Below are positions 28,295 to 37,807 of a stretch of DNA of 64,000 nt, piece by piece. The stretch comes from Deltaproteobacteria bacterium (lineage in GTDB: Bacteria; Myxococcota; Kuafuiibacteriia; Kuafuiibacteriales; Kuafuiibacteriaceae), in the NCBI GenBank assembly GCA_040218735.1, contig JAVJQW010000020.1, forward strand, positions 36,114 through 100,113, written 5' to 3'. The notes beneath the pieces were generated by a model that did not search any database, was not told where the DNA came from, and saw only the letters and a program-made list of their open reading frames with translations. The position numbers and the translations under genes were made by a program. Each line of letters begins with the position of its first letter. The stretch's first letter is position 1.

Positions 28295-31200
28295 TCAGTC
28301 CAACGGCGCCGCGTCGCCCCACGTCACCGTCCCGCTCACCGGCATCAGATCCGAGCAGTTCGTCAGGCGGTCCGCGAGTGTGCCGTCCAACGTGAACCAG
28401 CACCCCGGCGGCGGGATGTTGGGGAGCGCCGCGTAGTTCTTCCGGCGACCGCACACGGAGCTCAGGACGTCCTGGTAGCTCGGCTCGCCGTCCTGCTCGC
28501 GCCACACCACGATGTTGTCGATGCGGACGTCGCCGGGCGTCCCGAACGGGCGGACGCCGGTACCGATCCTGGTCGGGGCACCCGCACGGAAACGGAACGC
28601 GCTCGGTAGATCCTCACCACCTCTGAGGCGCGGCGCAGGCGTGCAGTCCTCGACGAGGCGCACGCGGTCCGTCGGCGTCGACTCGCCGAGGTTGAACACC
28701 GCGCAGTAGTCGTGGCGGCCGGTCGGCGCGACGGTGAACTCGATTTGGCTCGGCGTTAAACCGTTGTCGAACACGTTTACGACCATGGCGTCGTCGTCCT
28801 GAGAGATCGACCACGAGTTCTCTGGGCTGCCCTCGAGCGCGATCTGCCCCATCACGGTACCTTCCTCCGCTGGCGCGCTGCGCTCCTGCGTCCAGCACAT
28901 CACCACGTTCTGATCCGTCGGATCCTGAATCCAACTCTCGGTCGTCAGCTCACTCGTCGGTCCGAGCGGCAGGCTCGTGTAGTTGTCGTAGACGCCGCGG
29001 CACGCGGCCTGCGTCGTGAACGTCACGCCGCCCGCCGGGGTCCCCGTCAGCGCGACGGCACCGTTGGCGTCGACACACTCGAACGTCGACTCCAGTCGGC
29101 ACGTCAGGTCCGCGCCTGGTGCCGTCGGTCGACCGCCCGCGCGCACGTTCGGGAGCGCGCAGTCCCATGGCGTCGCATCGACGGTGAGCTCGTTGGCGAT
29201 CTGCGCGTCCGTCGGGATGTTGCCGTCGAACCAGATCGCGATCTCGTCGACCGTCCCGGTCCACAGCTCGCCCCCCGCGTGGTTGCCGCAGATCGCGAAC
29301 CCCGCGCCGCCCGGCAGCCCGAACACCGAGGACGGGCCGCCGACGCCGACCGCGCTCGGGGTCGCGACGCCGTTCCTCCAGACCTCGACCTCGTCCGCGA
29401 CGCCCTCGCGCGAGAGATCCCACCGCACGCAGTAGTGCTCGTGCGGGCCGGCGACCGAGGCCCCCTCCGCCGTCGCCGCGTAGCGCTCCGCGCCGTTCGC
29501 CGCCGACGAGGCACGCAGCGCCGACTCCGCCACGCCCACGCTCCACTGTTTGCCGACCGGACCCCAGTGCCCGACCGCGCGCCCGCCCGCCGCCGCCGCC
29601 TCGCGACGCACGAGCAGGCACACCAGCGCTTCGTCGTGACCGTCGAACCAGGACTGCGCGCCGAACGTCACGCGGTCGTCCACGCCGTCACACGCGACGC
29701 CGAAGATGTTCGGCACCTCGGCCGGCACGCCGCCGTCGCGTGCGCCACCGTCGCGTGTCGTGCCGCCGTCGCGGACGCCGCCGTCGACGCCGTCGCAGAC
29801 CCCGGAACGATCGATGACACGTTCGTCGCCCTCCGTCGCCACGCCCGTACCCGCGCCGCCGAGGACGCCGAGGTTCGCGACGCCGCCGGGCGCGCGGGTG
29901 TCGTCGTCGCACCGAGGGCGCACGAAGTATCGCGGCGCCGGGACGCCGCCGAGCGAAGCGAGATCCGAACGCGACCGGCACACCCGGAGCAGCTGTTCGT
30001 CGGAGAGCACCTGCGGCCAGATCGCGACGTCCCGCAGGCCGTCCTCGAAGCTGCGGCGCCGCCCCTGACCGTCGCCGATCGTCACCGGTCCGTTGGTGTC
30101 GGTGAGCCGCGCTGGGATGCCTTCGCGCTCCGTGTCGACGACCTCCACGCAGTCCACGAACCACCGCACCCGCTGCGTCGGCGCCTGGCGTCCGTCGTAG
30201 ACCATCGCGATGTGCCGCCAAGCGGGGCCCGCGGGGAGGGAGAAGGTCGGCCACACCGAGCTGTTTGCCCCCGAGCGATCGAACAGCGCGTTGTAGCGGT
30301 AGTGGGTGCCGTCGGTCTGGCGCCGGATCAGGAACTCACCCCACTTCGAAACGACGACCGCGTTGTCGGCCGCGCCGGTGTGCTGCGCCCACCACGACAC
30401 CGTCAGCGTCGCGGTCGCGAGGGCAGGGTCGTCGGCGAACTCGATCAGCTCGTTGCCGTCGTCGAAGTCGAGGTACGCCGCCGCGCTGTCCGGCGCGGAG
30501 GTGATGCCGCCGTGGTCGAGCGGCTTCGCCTGGATCGCGACCCAGTTGTACGCGGCACCGTCGCCGTCGAAGTCGGCCGGATCCACGTCGCGCCAGTTGG
30601 TCCAGCCCGGCGCGCCGTGGTTCGCCGTTCCGTCCGCCGCGCGACACCCGTTCTCCGGTTCCTCGCCGTCGCCGATGCGCTGCAGCCCGCGAAAGCCAGC
30701 TTGCAAACGCCCGGACGCGACGTCGCTCACCGGAGCGCTCATCTCGAGCTCCAGGCAGCGGTCGTCCGCCTGCCGCACCGAGAGGACCCGCGGCGCCCCG
30801 ATCTCGTCCTGGTACCACTCGAACCCGTCGGCGCCGTTCCAGTGCTCGGGGCAGTTGAGGACGTCGCGCACGAGTCGACCACCGACCGGTGAGAAACAAG
30901 CGCGGAGCGTTCGTCCGCTCTGCGTCAACGCGTTCATCCGCAGGCCGTTCCAGTCCTCGCCGAGGTGGATGCCGCGGTAGAGCACCTTCCCGTGTTGGCG
31001 GCCGACGTGTTTCTGCGTCAGCGACGAGAAGTGCAGGGGGCTCGCGCCGCTGTTCTCCCAGGAGTGCACGCCGCGCGCGTTCGTCTCGCCGATGAACGGG
31101 CGCCCCGGCGTTCCCGGGTTGTACTGACCCTTCGCTCCAATGGAGTGGATGCGCGGGTCGGGGTCGGCGGCGTCGAGGAGTCGCTGCGCGGTCGGCGCGA

Positions 31201-32083
31201 GCGCGTCGCCGTTGGCGAGCCATCCGCTCGTCTGATCCCAGGAGACGTGCGGACACTCCGCCTGGCCCGTCACACTCTTCACGTCTTCGCAGAAGTGATC
31301 GACGAAGGTGCGGATGCGCTCCGCGTAGCCCTCCGGTTGCGGGTCGTCGGTCTCGCCCTGCGTCATCGCGATCCCGCGGACGATCAGGTTCCCGTTGCAG
31401 CCGTAGGCCGTGGGATCCGCCGCGACCGCGTCGCGCGCCGCGACGATCGAGCGGATGAGGCGCGCGTAGTAGAAGTCGTAGCCCTCCTGCGTCGGGCTGA
31501 GCGGAACGTCACCCCGGTCGAGGTCCGCGATGCTCGTGCCGGACTGGCCGGCGACGGAGGTGATCGTCGCCTGCGGCGGGTTGCCGAGCATTCGCCGGTA
31601 CTGCTCCACCATCCCGTACGCCGAGACCTCCGCGTTCCCGCGCGCGCACCGCGCACCGCCGCGGACGTTCAACGGGCACACGCCGCCGAGGTAGTCGTTG
31701 GTCGCGTTGTCCCAGATCGCCTGAAAGCCGCCTTCGAGGTCGCGGTCGGAGAGCACGTTGCAGATGCTCCCGCCGGGGACGTCGCAAGGCGGGTTGCCGA
31801 AGTTCGTGCACGTCCCAGAGCACACGCCGATCGACGACGACTGTCCGTAGTATGGGATCATCGTGCAGGCGCCGGGGTCCTCGAGCGGGGGTGGGCCGGC
31901 GTCGCCGCCGTCTCGGAGACCGCCGTCCGGGGGGCCGCCGTCGGTCGGGTCGACGATCGGGCCGTCGGTGGGGTCGTTCGGACCGCCGTCGCCCGGCCCC
32001 GGGGGCGGGTCGAGCAGCATCCCCGACGGTGAGGAGCACCCGAGCGCGAGCGCGAAGAACAGAGATGAGGCGCGCCGCGACAT
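28295..32083 (-). CDS. lipoprotein with SGNH/sialate O-acetylesterase-like domain and three LamG-like domains
   Basis: LALGC lipobox; GQS, GQSG, QGETD, PLHF; LamG-like WRHIAMVYDG, DEIAIW, DNIVVW. Confidence 0.75.
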   Translation of the reverse strand: MSRRASSLFFALALGCSSPSGMLLDPPPGPGDGGPNDPTDGPIVDPTDGGPPDGGLRDGGDAGPPPLEDPGACTMIPYYGQSSSIGVCSGTCTNFGNPPCDVPGGSICNVLSDRDLEGGFQAIWDNATNDYLGGVCPLNVRGGARCARGNAEVSAYGMVEQYRRMLGNPPQATITSVAGQSGTSIADLDRGDVPLSPTQEGYDFYYARLIRSIVAARDAVAADPTAYGCNGNLIVRGIAMTQGETDDPQPEGYAERIRTFVDHFCEDVKSVTGQAECPHVSWDQTSGWLANGDALAPTAQRLLDAADPDPRIHSIGAKGQYNPGTPGRPFIGETNARGVHSWENSGASPLHFSSLTQKHVGRQHGKVLYRGIHLGEDWNGLRMNALTQSGRTLRACFSPVGGRLVRDVLNCPEHWNGADGFEWYQDEIGAPRVLSVRQADDRCLELEMSAPVSDVASGRLQAGFRGLQRIGDGEEPENGCRAADGTANHGAPGWTNWRDVDPADFDGDGAAYNWVAIQAKPLDHGGITSAPDSAAAYLDFDDGNELIEFADDPALATATLTVSWWAQHTGAADNAVVVSKWGEFLIRRQTDGTHYRYNALFDRSGANSSVWPTFSLPAGPAWRHIAMVYDGRQAPTQRVRWFVDCVEVVDTEREGIPARLTDTNGPVTIGDGQGRRRSFEDGLRDVAIWPQVLSDEQLLRVCRSRSDLASLGGVPAPRYFVRPRCDDDTRAPGGVANLGVLGGAGTGVATEGDERVIDRSGVCDGVDGGVRDGGTTRDGGARDGGVPAEVPNIFGVACDGVDDRVTFGAQSWFDGHDEALVCLLVRREAAAAGGRAVGHWGPVGKQWSVGVAESALRASSAANGAERYAATAEGASVAGPHEHYCVRWDLSREGVADEVEVWRNGVATPSAVGVGGPSSVFGLPGGAGFAICGNHAGGELWTGTVDEIAIWFDGNIPTDAQIANELTVDATPWDCALPNVRAGGRPTAPGADLTCRLESTFECVDANGAVALTGTPAGGVTFTTQAACRGVYDNYTSLPLGPTSELTTESWIQDPTDQNVVMCWTQERSAPAEEGTVMGQIALEGSPENSWSISQDDDAMVVNVFDNGLTPSQIEFTVAPTGRHDYCAVFNLGESTPTDRVRLVEDCTPAPRLRGGEDLPSAFRFRAGAPTRIGTGVRPFGTPGDVRIDNIVVWREQDGEPSYQDVLSSVCGRRKNYAALPNIPPPGCWFTLDGTLADRLTNCSDLMPVSGTVTWGDAAPLD

Positions 32084-32132
32084 CGGCGACGCCGTCATAC
32101 CTCAGCGCGACCGAACCGCGAAACGTCGCACG

Positions 32133-33608
32133 TCACAGTGACTGAAGAACGAACTCGAGCCCCAGCCCGGGGAGCCCGCAGTCCACGGTCCCCATACAGG
32201 AAGAGTCCGCAGCGCCGAGCACGTCGACGAGTCGCTCGTAGACGAGCGCCGGGTCTGCCTGGACGCGGACGGGCGCGCTCGCCTCGACCCCGTACAGATC
32301 GGGCCGCACCCGCACCGCCTCGCGCAGCCGAATCCGCCAGGCGACGTCCGCGAAGAGGATCTCGGTGTTCTCCTCCACGATGGTGACCCCGCGCTGCGTG
32401 ACCCGCAGGACCAACCCGGGGGCCTGGATCGGCGTGCCGACACGCGACGGGAGCGTCGACTGGACACGTTTGTCCCCGCCACGGAGGACGAAGCTCCGCC
32501 GCGCCACGAGGTGGTAACGACCGACGCGGTACCGGCCCCCGAACGCTTCGAGGGTGTCGAGCAGGGTCTCGACCCGCGTCGTGTTCGTCGCGATGACGAG
32601 CGGCTCCAGGACCTCGTACCCCTTCGTCGTCCGCGATACGTCCGGCGCGGACTCCATCCAGCGCTCCGGGAGGTAACCGTCCGCGTCGAGCTGCACCAAC
32701 AGCTGCGGCCCGAGGCGCACCGACTCCGCGTCGATGAACAGCGACGGCTGCGGCGCGGTGGGGAGGGGCCGCCCGCCCGCGTGGGCCGGGAGCTCCAGAG
32801 CTTCGGTGGTGCCGATGAGCGTTGTCTTCGGCCAGACGTCGTAGACCGTCTGCGCTGCGTTCTGGCTGCGCATCGATCCCGTCGCGTAGAGGATGCCCCA
32901 CCCGGCGGTGATCGCGAGGAACCACAGGACCGTCGCGACGACCGGGCGCTGGATGCCGCGGTCCGGAGCGACGAGCTCACACAGGCGCGCGCTCACGGGG
33001 GCACCGACGCCGGGTCGAAGCCGCGCCGCGCACTCGAGCAGCGCGCGGATGAAGCGCGCCTCGCGCACTTCGGGTCTCAGCAGCCACCAACGAAGCGCCC
33101 ACCACAGCGCGAGGCCGGCGACGAGCCACGCTGCGCCGAAGAACACCGAGTGCAGCAGCGAGAACGGGGCTTCGAGATCGGACTGGCCGCGCAAGTAGAC
33201 TTGCGCAGAGGGCGAGGACTCCGCGGCGAGGAACGTCTTCACGACGCGGTCGGCGACCTGGATCAACGCGAGCGAGATCGGCGCGAAGAAGACCAGCGCG
33301 AGGAGCATGTTGGTGATCAGCCGGCGCGCGAGCGGTGGCTCGAAGGACTCGTTGGTCGCGCGGACGACGGCCTTCGTCAGCGCTTCGTCGAGGGTGCTCC
33401 GGACGTTGATCGCCTCGACGAGCTGCGCCGCGATCTCCTGGTGGGGCGCGGGGAGCTGCGTGATCGCGTCCTGGACGGCGTCGAAGTCGACGGCGCTCTC
33501 CACCAGGCGGCCGAGCGCGCGTTTTTCGCGGAGGACGTTGAAGAGCGTCGCGGCGAAGACGAGCGCGAGGATCGAGAAGCTCGCGAGGAGGAGGAGCGTC
33601 GGGTCCAC
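32133..33608 (-). CDS. membrane protein with divergent ExbB/TolQ-like N-half and ExbD/TolR-like C-terminal domain(s)
   Basis: 4 TM segments; AP...KTF; LELP; VRVQADPALVYERLVDVL resembles the ExbD/TolR C-terminal motif; TAGTG coupling to the upstream gene. Confidence 0.6.
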   Translation of the reverse strand: MDPTLLLLASFSILALVFAATLFNVLREKRALGRLVESAVDFDAVQDAITQLPAPHQEIAAQLVEAINVRSTLDEALTKAVVRATNESFEPPLARRLITNMLLALVFFAPISLALIQVADRVVKTFLAAESSPSAQVYLRGQSDLEAPFSLLHSVFFGAAWLVAGLALWWALRWWLLRPEVREARFIRALLECAARLRPGVGAPVSARLCELVAPDRGIQRPVVATVLWFLAITAGWGILYATGSMRSQNAAQTVYDVWPKTTLIGTTEALELPAHAGGRPLPTAPQPSLFIDAESVRLGPQLLVQLDADGYLPERWMESAPDVSRTTKGYEVLEPLVIATNTTRVETLLDTLEAFGGRYRVGRYHLVARRSFVLRGGDKRVQSTLPSRVGTPIQAPGLVLRVTQRGVTIVEENTEILFADVAWRIRLREAVRVRPDLYGVEASAPVRVQADPALVYERLVDVLGAADSSCMGTVDCGLPGLGLEFVLQSL

Positions 33609-34189
33609 TACTCACCCCTCGGGTCGCGGACGTTGGCGCCGCGTCGTAGCGCCTCGGAGCGCTCCGTCTCGACGACGGTCTTCACGCTGCGGGCGAGGAG
33701 GGTGATGCAGGCGCCGCGGATGTCGCGCGCGGAGCGGCGGCTCATCTCGAGGATCGTGACGATCGCGGCGACGCCGACGGGCATGAGTACCGCGATGCCC
33801 ACGAGCAGCGCGGTGCTGGCTTCGATCTTCTTCGTGGACTCCGGATCGGTGAGCACGCCGAAGCCGTAGGCGATCATCACCATCGGCAGCACGGTGAGCG
33901 CCGCGACCGCGACTGCGTCTTGGATCAACGGGCGGGCGGAGATCGGAGTGGCTTCGCCGCCGAGGGCGTCGAGGACGGGGCGCAGCTCGCGGCTCTCCTG
34001 TCGGGCTTGGATGCGGGCTTCGTCGGCGCGGCCGTCGAGCGCGAGGTAGAGCAGGTGCGTCGCCTTGTCGCTCAGTCGCCGGCTGCGGCGGAACGACCAG
34101 AACGTGACGCCGCCCATCGCGACGAGCGAGAGGATCACGAGGGCGACCGTCGCGGGGTGCCCGAAGAACATGGTGACGAGTGCGTTCAC
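33608..34189 (-). CDS. 3-TM membrane protein, divergent MotA/TolQ/ExbB-like topology
   Basis: GTG 34189 overlaps the upstream stop (GTGA); TM1, cytoplasmic loop (GRADEA), then TM2-TM3. Confidence 0.6.
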   Translation of the reverse strand: MNALVTMFFGHPATVALVILSLVAMGGVTFWSFRRSRRLSDKATHLLYLALDGRADEARIQARQESRELRPVLDALGGEATPISARPLIQDAVAVAALTVLPMVMIAYGFGVLTDPESTKKIEASTALLVGIAVLMPVGVAAIVTILEMSRRSARDIRGACITLLARSVKTVVETERSEALRRGANVRDPRGE

Positions 34190-34380
34190 GAGGCGGCCAG
34201 GAAGATCACCTGTAGGACGAGACGTTTGACGGCGAACAGTACCTCCGCGAGCCCGAAGAACGCGGCGATGGCGAAGAAGGCGCCGCCGAGGCCGAGGCAC
34301 GCGGCGACCCACAGGCGCGACGCGGGCGCCGGCTGGTAGACCACCGGGCGAGGCTCGGAACCCAACGCGGACTGCGCCAT
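34186..34380 (-). CDS. small membrane protein (64 aa)
   Basis: Hydrophobic C-terminal two-thirds; stop overlaps the next GTG. Confidence 0.6.
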   Translation of the reverse strand: MAQSALGSEPRPVVYQPAPASRLWVAACLGLGGAFFAIAAFFGLAEVLFAVKRLVLQVIFLAAS

Positions 34381-34493
34381 GGTTCGCTACGCTCGGTCGA
34401 ACCAAGACCGTGGTCAAGGAACCTGCCTCGGGATTTCGCCCGGTACGGTGGGGAGGTGGCCCGGACGGGCCGTCCGGGGTAGCCTCTCGCGCC

Positions 34494-36134
34494 GTGACGC
34501 GGCTCGAAGAGCGCATACGCATCGGAATCGTGGGCCTGGGGTGGGTCGGGCAGGAGGTCGCACGGGCGGCCCTCGAAGACCCCCGGGTGACCCTCGTGGG
34601 GATCGCGGACGCCGACCCGAACAAGGCGGATCGGGACCTCGGCGAGCTGATCGGCGAGGGGCGCCTCGGCGTGCCCGTGGAACGCGACGTGGAGGCGATG
34701 TTGGCGCGCGCGCGACCGGAGGTCGCCGTGGTGACCACGACCTCCGACGTGGAGGCGCTCGGGCCGACGCTCGAAGCCTGCGTCGCGGTGGGCGCCCACG
34801 TGGTGACGACCTGCGAGAACCTCGCGGACGCGGACATGGCGACGAGCCAGCTCGAGCCGGGGTTCGACGAGCGCGTGCGCGACGCGGGCGTCGTCGTGCT
34901 CGCGACGGGTGTGAACCCGGGCTTCGCGATGGACCGGCTGCCGGTCATGCTCGCGCAGGCGACGCGCAACATTCGGCGCATCCGCGTGACCCGCGTGGTG
35001 GACGCCGCGAGCCGGCGCGCGCAGCTGCAGGCGAAGGTTGGCGTCGGGATGACGCCGCACGCGTTCACGGAGGCGATCAAGTCCGGGGAGATCGGGCACG
35101 CGGGGCTTTCGGCGTCGCTGCGGCTGATCGCCAAGGGCCTGGGCATCCATTTGGAGAAGACCTCGGAGGCGTTTTCGCCGGTGCTCGCGGCGAGCCCGAC
35201 GACGTCCACGCTCGGCACCGTGGCGAGCGGGCGGGTGCGCGGCATCTACCAGATCGCGCGCGGCTACCGGCACGGGCGGGAGATCATCACGCTCGAGCTG
35301 ACGATGGCGCTCGACGAGGAGCACGCGCGCGACACGATCGACATCGTGGGCGAGCCGCCGCTGCACTTCGAAGGTGAGCTGCCGGGCGACGACTGCACGG
35401 TGGCGACGGTGCTGTCCGCGATCAGCGTGGTGGTGACCATGCCGCCGGGGCTGCGCACGGTGCTCGACGTCCCGCTCGAGCAGCCGGAGGAGCCGGCGCC
35501 GCTGTACGACTCGAACCCGCCGCGTCGGCGCGACGCGACGCAGCTGCCGCGACCGCGCGCGAAACGCGCCTCGCGGCGGCGCCCGACCGTCGCGGCCGCG
35601 GACGATCTGATCACGGCGCTCCCGATGCCCGCCGACGCGGAGGAGGCCGTCAGCAGCGTGATCCCGGCCTCGCGTCGGACGGTGCCGAAGGGCGCGAAGG
35701 CCGACGGCGAGGCGGAGGCCGAGGCGCCCGCGAAGCTGAAGGCCTCGAAGAAGAAGTCCAAGGCGGACGCGTCGAGCTCGGAGGCGTCGGCGACGGCGGA
35801 GGCGGCCGCGGACGGGAGCGAAGACTCGGCGGCCGCGTCTTCGAAGGACGGCGCTTCGAAGAAGGCGTCGTCGAAGAAGAACGCCTCGAAGAAGGCGTCA
35901 TCGAAGAAGGCGTCATCGAAGAAGGCGTCATCGAAGAAGGCTTCGTCGAAGAAGGCGTCGTCGAAGAAGGCGTCATCGAAGAAGGCGTCGTCGAAGAAGG
36001 CAGCCTCGAAGAAGGCTTCGTCGAAGAAGGCGCCGTCGAAGAAGGCTTCGTCGAAGAAGAGCGCTTCGAAGAAGGCGTCATCGAAGAAGAGCGCCTCGAA
36101 GAAGGCCTCGTCGCCGTCCGGCGACGCCTCGTGA
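34494..36134 (+). CDS. NAD(P)-dependent dehydrogenase (DapB-like / 2,4-diaminopentanoate dehydrogenase family) with Lys/Ala/Ser-rich tail
   Basis: GLGWVG, TTCE, GVNPGFAMD, RR..LQ.KVG.G, GD..T; about 210-aa low-complexity tail. Confidence 0.82.
   Translation: MTRLEERIRIGIVGLGWVGQEVARAALEDPRVTLVGIADADPNKADRDLGELIGEGRLGVPVERDVEAMLARARPEVAVVTTTSDVEALGPTLEACVAVGAHVVTTCENLADADMATSQLEPGFDERVRDAGVVVLATGVNPGFAMDRLPVMLAQATRNIRRIRVTRVVDAASRRAQLQAKVGVGMTPHAFTEAIKSGEIGHAGLSASLRLIAKGLGIHLEKTSEAFSPVLAASPTTSTLGTVASGRVRGIYQIARGYRHGREIITLELTMALDEEHARDTIDIVGEPPLHFEGELPGDDCTVATVLSAISVVVTMPPGLRTVLDVPLEQPEEPAPLYDSNPPRRRDATQLPRPRAKRASRRRPTVAAADDLITALPMPADAEEAVSSVIPASRRTVPKGAKADGEAEAEAPAKLKASKKKSKADASSSEASATAEAAADGSEDSAAASSKDGASKKASSKKNASKKASSKKASSKKASSKKASSKKASSKKASSKKASSKKAASKKASSKKAPSKKASSKKSASKKASSKKSASKKASSPSGDAS
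35856..36110 (+). repeat. 17 x 15-bp coding tandem repeat (SKKAS)
   Basis: TCGAAGAAGGCGTCR units, 255 bp, in frame. Confidence 0.95.
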
Positions 36135-36817
36135 TCCTCCTCTTCGACATCGACGGTACCCTCGTCTCCGCCGGCGGCGCAGGCCGCGCCGCGTTGGCGC
36201 GGGCGTTCGAGCAGGTCCTTGGCGTCGCCAACGCGATGGACGGGGTGCGCCTCGCCGGCAGCACCGATCCCGCGATCCTCGACGACGCCTTCGGCGCGCA
36301 CGTCGGCCGACCGCCCACGGAGGCCGAGGCCGAGCAGATCTTCGCGGCGTACCTCGACAACCTCCGCGTCGGCCTGGTCGACGCCGCGTTCACGATCTTC
36401 GAGGGCGCCGAGGATCTCGTCCGCGCCGCGATCGCCCAGGGCTACGAGGTCGGGCTCGCCACCGGAAACCTCGAGCGCGGCGCGCACATCAAGCTCGAGC
36501 GCGGGAAGCTGCGCGACTACTTCGAGTTCGGTGGGTTCGGCTCCGACGCCAAGGACCGCGGTGAGCTCGTCCGCTGCGGCGTCGAGCGCGGCCAGGCCCG
36601 CTTCGCCGAGCGGCACGGACGTCGCGCCGCGCGCGAGGAGATCTTCGTCATCGGCGACACCGAGAAGGACGTATGGGCCGCCCACGCGGCCGATGCGACG
36701 GCGGTCGGCGTGCTCGTCGGCAGCCACGTGCCCGACCAGCTCGTCGCCGCGGATCCGGAGATCGTCGCCGGGTCCCTCGCCGACCCCGAGCTGTGGGCGA
36801 GGTTCGGCCTCTCGTGA
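36131..36817 (+). CDS. HAD family hydrolase
   Basis: LFDIDGTL, ATGN, GGFGSD, IGDT.KD; GTGA coupling. Confidence 0.92.
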   Translation: MILLFDIDGTLVSAGGAGRAALARAFEQVLGVANAMDGVRLAGSTDPAILDDAFGAHVGRPPTEAEAEQIFAAYLDNLRVGLVDAAFTIFEGAEDLVRAAIAQGYEVGLATGNLERGAHIKLERGKLRDYFEFGGFGSDAKDRGELVRCGVERGQARFAERHGRRAAREEIFVIGDTEKDVWAAHAADATAVGVLVGSHVPDQLVAADPEIVAGSLADPELWARFGLS

Positions 36818-37788
36818 GGCGGCGCGTCTACGTCGAGCACCTCCCCCCCGATGAGCTCGGTCGCGCCGAGACGGTGAAGCTCTGCGCGACCTACGGCCTC
36901 GAACCGATCGTCGCGCTCCCGCCTTCGCGCGAGACGCCCGCGATGCAAGCCGCCTTGCGCGCGTTGGATCGCGGAGGGCTCCGCGTCGGGGTCTGGCCGT
37001 TGCTGGAGGACGACGAGGGGTACTGGCCGTCGGCGCACAACGCCGCGTCCTTCGAGCGCCGTGTCAGCCAGGCGCTCGCGTTCACGAAGGCCGCGGGTGT
37101 CTCCGTCCGAACCGTCGCGATCGATCTCGAGCCGCCGCTCGAAGAGCTGCGCGGGCTCCTCGAGGGGAGCGGGCGCTCGCGTTTCGACTACGTCCGCCAA
37201 CGGCGGCGTCGCGCCCTCGGGGGCGTCGACGTGTTCACCCGCGTCGCGGAGCAGCTCGGCGCCGAGGGCATCGAGACGATCGCTGCGGCGATACCCCTCG
37301 TGGTGATCGACCCGGCGGGTGTGTTCTGGGACCACGTGCTCGCGACCCCCGTCGCGCAGGTCCCGTGGTCCGTCGTCTCCCCGATGATGTACACCACGCT
37401 CGCGCGCGACGTGCTGCGTCGACGGAGCGAGGCGAGCGTGCGGGCTCTCCTGTACGCGGGTGCCGATCGCCTGCGGCGTGCGGTGGGCCCGCGAGCGAGT
37501 GTCTCGGTGGGACTGGTCGGTCAGGGGAAGCTCGGTACCGAGCGGGTGTACGGCGGCCCGAGCGAGCTCGCGCGCGACGTAGGCGCCGTGCGTGCGGCCG
37601 GAATCGACGACCTCGCGCTCTTCGCGCTGGAGGGCGTGCTCGACCGAAACGCCCCGGAGGTATGGCTGGAGGCGTTCGTACGTGCTGGACCCGACCGTCC
37701 GGATTTCCTGCGCCGGGCGTGGGCCGACGGGGTCCTGTCGGCCGCGCGCGTCGTGACGGCGGTCGGGGGTTTGGCGACGAAGAGGTGA
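36814..37788 (+). CDS. hypothetical protein, glycoside-hydrolase-like TIM barrel
   Basis: GTGA coupling; VAIDLEP and VSPMMY resemble GH18-like strands. Confidence 0.6.
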   Translation: MRRRVYVEHLPPDELGRAETVKLCATYGLEPIVALPPSRETPAMQAALRALDRGGLRVGVWPLLEDDEGYWPSAHNAASFERRVSQALAFTKAAGVSVRTVAIDLEPPLEELRGLLEGSGRSRFDYVRQRRRRALGGVDVFTRVAEQLGAEGIETIAAAIPLVVIDPAGVFWDHVLATPVAQVPWSVVSPMMYTTLARDVLRRRSEASVRALLYAGADRLRRAVGPRASVSVGLVGQGKLGTERVYGGPSELARDVGAVRAAGIDDLALFALEGVLDRNAPEVWLEAFVRAGPDRPDFLRRAWADGVLSAARVVTAVGGLATKR

Positions 37789-37807
37789 GCGTTATTCTTC
37801 GCGGCGC

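Noticed and set aside
35856-36110. Tandem repeats as a CRISPR array
   Set aside because: Contiguous 15-bp units with no spacers, in frame in a CDS, and no cas genes in the window
35264-36727. Minus-strand ORF with FFDDA pentapeptide repeats
   Set aside because: Antisense shadow of the SKKAS repeat and the HAD gene; the plus-strand genes have clear family motifs and coupling
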